DNA of 62,238 nucleotides from Rhynchobatus australiae (lineage: Eukaryota), in NCBI GenBank assembly GCA_034780895.1, contig JAUZTB010000068.1, positions 19,502,290 to 19,564,527 of the forward strand. The letters run 5' to 3'. A model generated the notes under the pieces. It ran no database searches, was not told the origin of the DNA, and was given only the letters and a program-made list of their open reading frames with translations. Positions within the stretch are counted from its first letter, which is position 1. Each line of letters starts with the position of its first letter. Positions 53,220 through 62,238 of the stretch are shown here, in pieces. A program made the position numbers and the translations under genes.

Positions 53220-54400
53220 TCATAGAATCTTTGCAGCGTTGAAGTCAGCCGTTTGCCCATGAAATCTGCANNNNNNNNNNNNNNNNNNNNNNNNNNNNNN
53301 NNNNNNNNNNNNNNNNNNNNNNNNNNNNNNNNNNNNNNNNNNNNNNNNNNNNNNNNNNNNNAGCTGATTAACTCTTTTTTCCATCATTGTTTCCAGGTCA
53401 TCACTGCTCTCTGTGGGAAAAGGGTTAGATAGTCTTAGGTGTGGTTTGAAGGGCAGCACAACATGATGGGCCAAAGGGCTTGTATTGTGCTGTATTGTTC
53501 TATGGTTCTATGGTTCTAAAAGTGTTTCCTCACATCCCCCTTTGTACTTATTGCCCTTCAGTTTATTGGGGTTTGCTGGTCAATTAACCATCTGCTAATG
53601 GAAACAGTGTCCCTCTATCAACCCTAACTAAATTTATCATGGTCTTGTCCTGGTGAAGGGTCCCACTCTTGAAATGTTAACTGTTTCTCTCTCTAGAGTT
53701 GCTGCCTGACCTGATGAGTATTTCCAGTATTTTCTGCTTTTATTTCAGATTTCCAGCATTAGAATTTTTTTTTTGATTTTCATGGTCTTGTAACTCACTA
53801 TCATCCCCTTCATCCTCTGCATCAAGGAGAAAGACTCCCCACTCCTCCAGTCTAATCATATTTTCTTCATTTCTGCAACAATTCCAGTAAATCTTGTTCG
53901 CACCACCTCCAGAGAATTTACATCCTCCCTAGAGGAATGATGATCATGATCAGAATTGGATGTAAGATTCCAATGGTGGCTTTACCATTGTGTTATACAG
54001 TTTCAAGGTAACCCTCCTCCGCCATTTCCCACCCCCCCCAAACCTCCGCCCCTGTTCTTGTGCTCCATGCCTCTGCTTAAGAAACTTAGAGACCCATGTG
54101 GTCTCAGCATGCATTGCCACCTTCAAAGATTTACTTGCCTATTCACCTAGTCCTTCTGTTTCAGCACATTCTTTAAAATTATGTCATTAAGTCGGTATTG
54201 CTCCTTATCATTCTTTTAGCCAAAATTTATCACTTCAGGTTTCACTGCGTTAAATTTCATCTACTACTTGTTTGGTCATTTTGCTTGCCTATCTATGCCC
54301 TTTTGCAGAATAATAGCTATCCTCTTTACTGTTTGCCACACCTCTTTGTGTCATCTGTAAATTTCAAGATTTTACTTTTTCACCCAAGTACAAGTCATTA
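53220..54400 (-). mobile_element. Degenerate CR1 region with a nested + strand CR1 tail (about 53425-53518) and a Penelope arm (about 53645-53765)
   Basis: catagaatc tail, decayed CR1 ORF2 blocks (tcacttcagg...ttaaatttcatct, tttgtgtcatctgtaaattt) and a (tatggttc)n tail. Confidence 0.55.
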
Positions 54401-54449
54401 ATGGACTTTGTTTGTCTACTTGCACTGCACTTTCTCTACAACTGCAACA

Positions 54450-54591
54450 GTTTGTACATTCTCCCTGTGTCTGTGTGGGTTTCCTCTGGCTGCACCAGTT
54501 TCCTCCTACATTCTAAAGACGTATGGGTTAGGAACTTGTGGGTATGCTATATTGGTGCCAGGAGCGTGGCGAAACTTGCGGGCTGCCCCCA
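54450..54591 (+). mobile_element. V-domain SINE fragment (runs into a gap)
   Basis: gtttgtacattctccctgtgtctgtgtgggtttcctctggctgcaccagtttcctcctacattctaaagacg is homologous to the copy at 55678. Confidence 0.75.
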
Positions 54592-55677
54592 NNNNNNNNN
54601 NNNNNNNNNNNNNNNNNNNNNNNNNNNNNNNNNNNNNNNNNNNNNNNNNNNNNNNNNNNNNNNNNNNNNNNNNNNNNNNNNNNNNNNNNNNTAGTATAAA
54701 GACTTCTGATGCCATTCTTAGAGCCCCCAATTATCAATAAAATTCAAAATGAAAATCCCAAACTGAAGGTGCTGGAAATGTTAAATAAAAGCAAAAAATC
54801 CTGGAAAATACTCAATCCTGCTCTCTTTCCCATTCACTTATCTCCTCTCTGGATTGACCTTTCCAATACATATTAGATCTTTCAGCTTCCAATTCCCTCT
54901 CTTGATTGCTCACTTTCACTCACAATTACCTCACCTCTCCTGATCACTATACTCATTCACTTTTATGTTCTTTTGCTAACAATCACTCCTATTTATTCCT
55001 ATTGCTTTCCCCAATCAATCTATCCATTTCCCAGTTATCTCCTCCTTTTCTCCAAATCTTCCTTCACCTGATTATCTCCCCTCATTGATACTCCCGGTTA
55101 TTCTCCACTCTCCCAATTGCCAATTTCCCTTCAAGTTGCAGCTGCTGGCCACTTCCTTTGACCCAGCAGCCCAAAATCCAAGGCTCCATTGCCACAAGCC
55201 ATGTGTTGATGTCTAGAAGATGTCCATGCCTTACCTGTCTGATTTAAATGAGGTCCTTGAAACAATAATGTGGGTAGTGGGGCTTGCAGTTGTATCCAGA
55301 TTAGCAAGCCTGATAAACAGCTATCTGGGACTAAAATGTTTAGGTCCCAGTACAAACAATAATGTAAATGAAAAACACATGACCTTTATAATTACTCACC
55401 CAAAGTCTCGAAGGTTAACTCTGTTCTCTCACTATAGAACTTGCCTGAACTGCTGAATATCCCACCATTTTATATATTTATTACAAAGGGATACAGATAG
55501 GTTAAGTGATTGAACAAAAGTTTGACAAGTGTGAAAAATTATGATATTGTCTATTTTGGCAGTAAAATAACCTAACTAGTGAGGGATTAGCAAATTCTGA
55601 GATGCAGAGTGACCTACGTGTCCATCTTTGCCAAATGATAGTATGCAGGGTGAGCAAATAATCAAGAACACTATTAT

Positions 55678-55935
55678 AGCGCCGGTGACCTGGGTTTAAT
55701 TCTGGCCACTGCCTGTAAGGAGTTTGTATGTTCTACCCTGTGTCTGCGTGGGTTTCCTCCGGGTGCTCCGGTTTCCTCCCACATTCCAAAGACGTACGGG
55801 TTTGGAGATTGTGGGCGTGCTATGTTGGCGCCGGAAGCGTGGCAGCAGCACTTGTGGGCTGCCCCCAGAACAATCCATGCAAAAGATGCATTTCACTGTA
55901 TGTTTCGATGTACATGCGACTAATAAAGATATCTT
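55678..55935 (+). mobile_element. V-domain tRNA-derived SINE (HE1-like)
   Basis: B-box-like gacctgggtttaattc, V-domain gtgtctgcgtgggtttcctccgggtgctccggtttcctcccacattccaaagacg, tail ...gactaataaagatatctt. Confidence 0.8.
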
Positions 55936-55939
55936 AAAA

Positions 55940-56075
55940 ATCTTATTCTGTATTCTATTTTCCTTTTGTACTCCTTCGACATACTTATGTATGGAATGAT
56001 CTGTCTGGATGACATGCAAACGAAAGCTTTTTGTTGTATTTTGGTACATGTGACAATAATAAACCAATACCAAAA
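55940..56075 (+). mobile_element. Short LINE-tail-type repeat (second copy at about 57080-57275)
   Basis: ggatgacatgcaaacgaaagcttttt...acatgtgacaataataaaccaat is shared with 57213-57275. Confidence 0.55.
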
Positions 56076-56659
56076 TCTTAATGTACATCAAATCAATGGA
56101 ATGAACGCAATTTATAAATGGTGAACAAGACAAGTAGGCATTGATTATTAATAATATGAACAAGAACACAAGCAATAGAATCAAGAATAGGCCCTTCAAT
56201 CCTTTGAGTCTGCCCCACCAATCAAATCATGCCCGATCCTATCTCCATCCACTTTCTACCTAAATCACCAAATTGCCTGTTGTCCAAAATTCTACAGATC
56301 TCAGCCCCAGTGCATTCAATGACTGAACATTCTGTAACATCAGCCACAGAGAGAACTTTGCAATAACCCGACTGCAGCTTCTAATCATAAAGCAGCTGCA
56401 TGGTAGAAGCCAAACTAGAGTTAAACACATCAAATGTCTTCACTACCTGGATATCTCAAAATACATATTAACAAAATTATATTGGAGGCAAAATAGGATC
56501 CTTGCTCAGATCAGACCAACCAATCAACACTGGAACACTCTTGGTTCTAGAACAAAGGTTGATGCTGTAAAGTCAAATAGCATTCCTTCCCCCTCCCTGT
56601 TTGCTGACTCGTGCTGAATTGGACTTGGGATCCTGGTCAAACTCATTTCTTACTCATCG

Positions 56660-57075
56660 CAGAGACTTCCTCCTTCTATCTCAATCACGCTGCCTACCTC
56701 TGCCCATCTGTTTCTGGAACTCCTTTTTATTCCTTTGCCCCCTCTAGACCAAGTATTCCAAAGCACTCCTGGTCTCCCATTCTCCATTCATTACAAACCT
56801 TACCCATGCACATATTCTGTACTACATTAGTTCCTGATCATCTGTCACCCTTGACCTTGATGACCGACATTGAGTTTGGATCTAGTAGCTGCTCTAGTAC
56901 TTTCTCCTGCGTTAATCCCTTTCTATCTCCATAATCTTAATCCTATCCCTCTCACAAAGTCTTTGTTCCTCTGAATCTGGCCATTTATGTAACTGCTTTC
57001 CCTTTGCTTGACATTGACACCTCTTTCTTCTGATTGTTAAACCCACGCTCAGGAATTCCTTGCTTGACCTCAAAA
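56660..57075 (+). mobile_element. Degenerate L2 LINE fragment
   Basis: Collinear similarity with the 31855-32480 copy (tcctttgccccctctagaccaagtattccaaagcactcctgg...ctctgaatctggcc...ctcaggaattccttg). Confidence 0.5.
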
Positions 57076-58234
57076 TCTACCTTTCATGGCCTTGCACCTT
57101 ATTGTCTGCCTGCACTGCACTTTCTCTGTAATTGTAACNNNNNNNNNNNNNNNNNNNNNNNNNNNNNNNNNNNNNNNNNNNNNNNNNNNNNNNNNNNNNN
57201 NNNNNNNNNNNNGGATGGCATACAAAACAAAGTTTTTCACTGTACCTCAGAACATGTGACAATAATAAACCAATTAACAAAGCACTTCTGCTTCCCCATC
57301 TCTTAGCAGCTCAAGTTTACAGCAAGCTTTTGGTCTTTTCTGCTAGCTCCTTTTACTTTGGAATGGCCTCTGTGTATTCCCAGTGGCGCCATGCATTAGA
57401 GACCACACGGAGTAAACCTTGATGATGTGTGAATTGATTTTTCACTGACCACTCTAAAGTATAGCAGAAAAAAAGACTCTAATGCAGTGACAGCATCCTA
57501 ATTAACTAACATATTATACTTTCTTTTCTCTGATGTGTTAACTGCTTACTTATATGTAAAGCAAATGCTGCCATATCAACAGCTTGCTGTATGAGCTAAA
57601 GACAAATTCATTTGAAAATGGGCGGATGATGACTGAGATGCTCAGGCTGCAGAGTCAAGATTTACAGGGATTTATGGAGATTTACACCCCATCGCTGCAG
57701 AAAATAAGCAGTCAGACATTGGGTGGATCAATCAATCAATCAATCAACTGCAAAGCTGAGTGAACAAGCAGCATGCCTAAGTTAAACAGAAATATCTTCA
57801 AATGTATGCAGATTTTTTTGGATGCTTTCAATGTTCCTTTTAATAATTCATCAATGCCTTATGTTTGTTGATTTGAGGAATAAAGCTTTTCCACATATAA
57901 AACAGAGTTAGATAATGGGACCTAATTTCAGCAGTCACCATGAACTGCTGTAGTTGCCTTAGTCAGAGAAGAATATCCCGGTGATTTTTCTGAGTTTGCC
58001 TTGAGATTCCTTGCACTCGTTTTGCTTCACCCATGTGTATGTGTGCATGCAGAAATGCAGGGTGGGAGGGTTGGAGATGACTGGGATGGCGTTGGGTTGG
58101 CACANNNNNNNNNNNNNNNNNNNNNNNNNNNNNNNNNNNNNNNNNNNNNNNNNNNNNNNNNNNNNNNNNNNNNNNNNNNNNNNNNNNNNNNNNNNNNNNN
58201 NNNNNNNNNNNNNNNNNNNNNNNNNNNNNNNNNN

Positions 58235-58338
58235 ACTGCAGATACTGGAATCTGGAGCAGCAAACAATCTGCTGGAGGAAGTCAGCGAGTCATGCAGGAG
58301 GAAAGGAATTGTCAACGTTTTGGGTCAAAACCCTGCAG
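58235..58338 (-). mobile_element. Penelope-derived arm fragment
   Basis: actgcagatactggaatctggagcagcaaacaatctgctggaggaagtcagcgagtc matches the left arm of 35155-35919. Confidence 0.7.
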
Positions 58339-58522
58339 CTTTACTGCCCTTGATTTTTGAAGATTTCTTTAAAAAGTGTTTGTAATTACACAATGTAATT
58401 ACAGAGTTATCAAGTGCTGGGAAAATATATAGCATAAAATGTAAAAACCTGCAGGCAGTTGCCAGAATGAGGTAATTGTGATATTATTGCAACTGACAAC
58501 TCTACAGCTCTAGTTATAGAAA

Positions 58523-59080
58523 TCTAGAAACATGGGAAAGAGGAGTGGGATGTGGCATTGGCCCTGTGAACCTGCTCCACCATTCATTACGATCATGGTT
58601 CACCTTTTGTCTCAGTACCATATTCCCATTCTCTCCCCATACTCCTCGATGCTTTTAGTATCTAGAAATCTATCCACCTCTTTCCTACATGTGATGTAGA
58701 ATTCCACATGTTCACCACACTCTAAGCAAAGAAACCTCACCTCTTATGAGTCCTATGTCTCTTAGCCTGTCTGGGGCTGTAGACGCTGATTCTATATTCT
58801 CAGACAGGGGAATCAATCTCCCTGCATTGAATCTACCCAGCCCCAACAGAACTTTTACCTTTCAATGAGATCTCCTCTCATTCTTCTGAACTCTAGTGAA
58901 TACAGGTCCAGTCAATCTAATCCCTCCTGATACAACTGTCCTTGCTATTTTAGGAATCAATCTGGTGAATCTTTGCTGAACTCCCTCTATGGCAGGTATA
59001 TTCTTTCTGAGGTAAAGACCATAATAGGTAAGGTCTCACTAGGGGCTTATGTAAGACATCCTATAATTGTAGCAGGACAT
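58523..59080 (-). mobile_element. CR1 LINE 3' fragment
   Basis: tagaaacatgg...cctgctccaccattcattacgatcatgg...agaattccacatgttcaccacactct...tcaatgagatctcctctcattcttctgaactctagtgaatacagg is the reverse of CR1 ORF2 end and 3' UTR. Confidence 0.75.
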
Positions 59081-61579
59081 TCATACTTCGTGTTATTTCG
59101 GCATATTAACTCTACTTGTTTACAACACATATATTCATCCAATGCTGACAACATTTATAAAGACCTTGGTTATAAAGAAAGTAGCTCTGATGAGTAGCCA
59201 GCTCTACTAAAGTGCAGAGAGACTTCAGCATTTGCCTCAATAAAACAGAGGGTACATATTAAAAGAACTGCAAAGCTTTGTGTGACATTTTGAAATCATG
59301 TAATGTGCTCCATAAATTAAAAGCTTTCTTTGTTTGCTTTCAGGAGGTAGCCAGCAATAACCTGAAACAGCAAACAAACTAAGAATGAAGGTTACCTTCT
59401 AGAACAGTAAATGTACATTAAAGCGGCATTCAACTACAACCTTCTCGATGCTTGGTGTGCAGATGTGATTACTACATGGCATCTCGCCTAAAAGGCATTA
59501 TAACAGGGTAGATTCCTCCCTGTGCTGTATTGCTTGTTCTCACCAGCATTGGGAAATGGACCCAAATATAGTCTTAGTGTCCTGGGTGAGGAGCAGGGAA
59601 GTCAGGTAGGATTCCCACTGCAGTGATTCTCACTGGGATGCATGAAGAAGAGATGGGGACAGATAACTTTGTGAATATCCCTTGTGACTATTATACATTT
59701 TGAACAGAAAATGGTTGTCCGATTCAACAATACACTTTAGGCAGCCNNNNNNNNNNNNNNNNNNNNNNNNNNNNNNNNNNNNNNNNNNNNNNNNNNNNNN
59801 NNNNNNNNNNNNNNNNNNNNNNNNNNNNNNNNNNNNNNNNNNNNNNNNNNNNNNNNNNNNNNNNNNNNNNNNNNNNNNNNNNNNNNNNNNNNNNNNNNNN
59901 NNNNNNNNNNNNNNNNNNNNNNNNNNNNNNNNNNNNNNNNNNNNNNNNNNNNNNNNNNNNNNNNNNNNNNNNNNNNNNNNNNNNNNNNNNNNNNNNNNNN
60001 NNNNNNNNNNNNNNNNNNNNNNNNNNNNNNNNNNNNNNNNNNGAACAACTTGGTTTTTAAATGGTTTGACTTATATAATTGATTATAAATATGTCCTAAT
60101 TAAATTATATCCACAAAGTATTCTGATATTCCTATCCTTCCAAGTGTTAGTCTCATTCAGAGTTAATTAACAAATTATCTATTTTTTTATTTTAAGAGTC
60201 ATAATTGACATGGCAATGGTTGCTTGATCTAGGAATCTTTTCCATAATCTCACTTTGTGGGTCCTCCCTTTCTTTAAAAGAATCTGATATGACTCAAGCC
60301 ATTTTAAATACAAACTTCTGAGGAGAAGTGCATGAAGGACCAGCATTGGTGGTACTTAATAAATGACAAACTTTGCCCACCACCTTCAGTGATTTCCCCG
60401 TCCTATAAGCTATTTCCAATGAATAAGAGCAGCAACACATCCCCTGCATCCTCCACTCTCCTGTCACATAATAAATACAATTTTCCATTTTCTTCAGCAG
60501 TTGTCTTCAGACAAACTTGTCCTTCATCACCTTCCATCATTTTCCATGCTTCCTCTTAAAAGGAAGCACCTAACTAAATATCTAGCAGACGCCACTTCAA
60601 TATATGTCAGATCCATATCACCTTGGCTTTTGCCTGGGCAGTGAGAGTCGCCTCTTTCTTCACGGTGACAAAATCTCTTGAATGCTCAACACCACATCCA
60701 CAGAAACACAGCATTTTATCTGGAATAAACTTGTAGCTTCACACTAGATATGAATCCATTGAACAAGGAGCAATTAGTAAAATACACAGGCAGAGAAATC
60801 AAGCTACTGTGTGATCAGCTATTCTTTCCAGAGAAACTGATTATTTCTGCAGTCTCACACTCAGCCCCAGTTAAGATGCTAAATGCCGAAAGACTTAGAC
60901 AGATCTGTTTTTTTCAAAAGAAGTAAAATCCATGTAGAAACCTCATTACAACATCCAAGTGATATGTTTTCCTTTCATTTACTCCTTTGGAGCAGTAAAA
61001 CTCCATTGAGGAATGAATGCGTAATCCTATCAATTGCCAGCTGGAATACTTGGAACATTCACCGGATTGAATTGAAACCTGACCAGAAATGAAGCCTGGG
61101 CCCATCGAAGTCACAAGGCCGTGAGAATAGGCGCAATCACCAGCAGCAGCTGTTAGCTGAGAGGTCCTTAGATAAACTAACACATTTCTTGCTTCTCAGT
61201 CTTTTGTGAAACTCTACCAATAATTAATGAGAGGGTATAAAACTGTTAGCTGTACAAATAAATGAAAAATCAACAAGTCAATAAAGAAATAACCTGATCA
61301 AATTGAGGCTGCCTAAAAGAAGTGCTAATGGTGGGTAGCAGAGGACATTTGCTTACAAACACCAGTCAGTCAATATTCTACAGTAGCATTGATAACAGAA
61401 TATGAAAATACCTGCTCTTCAAATAAGTAAAAGGTCAGCACTTTAGGGATCTATGCCATGTCCCTTACAATGAGTGACCCAAGGGTGTGACTATTTCAGA
61501 CATTGAGATAAATGAGCATCTATTGACAACATCAACTGTGCATCGTCCAATAAAATTCTAGTCAATTGGGTTAAAAAAA

Positions 61580-61810
61580 TTGTCTCAGAAGGTTGTGTCT
61601 TTTTGGAAGTCTCTTCCTTAAAGTGCAGTGGAAGCAGAGTCTTTGAATGTTTCTAAGGCAGGGGGAGATGGATTCTCGATGAGCATCGGGGTGAAAGGTT
61701 ACCAGGTGGGCATGGAGAGTTGAGTTTACATTCAGATTAACCAGGGTATTACTGGATGGCAGAACAGGTTTGGGGGACTTGGTTGACTCCTGCTTCTAGT
61801 TCACATGGAT
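61580..61810 (+). mobile_element. CR1 LINE 3' fragment
   Basis: Encodes SQKVVSFWKSLP*SAVEAESLNVSKA, followed by a CR1-type 3' UTR. Confidence 0.7.
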
Positions 61811-62238
61811 GATCAATAATGAGGCCTGGACAAATTCCAAGTCAAAAGGCGATGAGAATAGAACAAACATCTAATGGTCACTTTTCTAGGAGGGAGCTAA
61901 TATTATCAGATTGAAAAAAAAATGCCAGAAACTCTCAGTAGTTCAGGCACTATCTATGGAGAGAGAAATAGAATCAATTTTTCAAGTCATCTATCCTTCA
62001 TCAGAATTTGGCTGACATGGGGAAATACCAGTGGTAAACAAAGATGCTTTCAACAAGGCAAACAGTATTAAACATATTCAGACAAAAAAACATAGAAATG
62101 CCAAACCAAGGTACCCTGACAGGAGTAAGCTCATCATTTTAGTACTAAAGCCAAAGGCTCCAGTGAGTATTCAGGAAGGCAGGTTACTGGTTCGGGGTGG
62201 GGGGGGTGGTATTTCACAGATCCATTGAACTTTTAAAT

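Overview
This is vertebrate genomic DNA from a gappy assembly, not prokaryotic sequence. The repeat content (CR1 and L2 LINEs, Deu-domain and V-domain SINEs, Penelope-derived fold-back elements) suggests a cartilaginous fish; this is an inference from recalled repeat families. One protein-coding gene is well supported: a + strand, six-coding-exon, two-zinc-finger GATA4/5/6-class transcription factor (ATG 21175 to TGA 43242, at least 374 aa). All nine visible splice sites are canonical GT-AG and the phases are compatible; the exon-1 donor lies in an N gap. The protein has GATA4-type residues but changes positions that are normally near-invariant and lacks the GATA4 C-terminal tail. It is therefore a candidate fourth GATA4/5/6 paralogue (ohnologue lost in bony vertebrates) rather than plain GATA4. 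The promoter through exon 4 lies in a CpG-retaining domain of about 23 kb. Several Penelope-derived repeats carry minimal hammerhead-ribozyme motifs. Almost all other ORFs in the supplied track are spurious or span N gaps.
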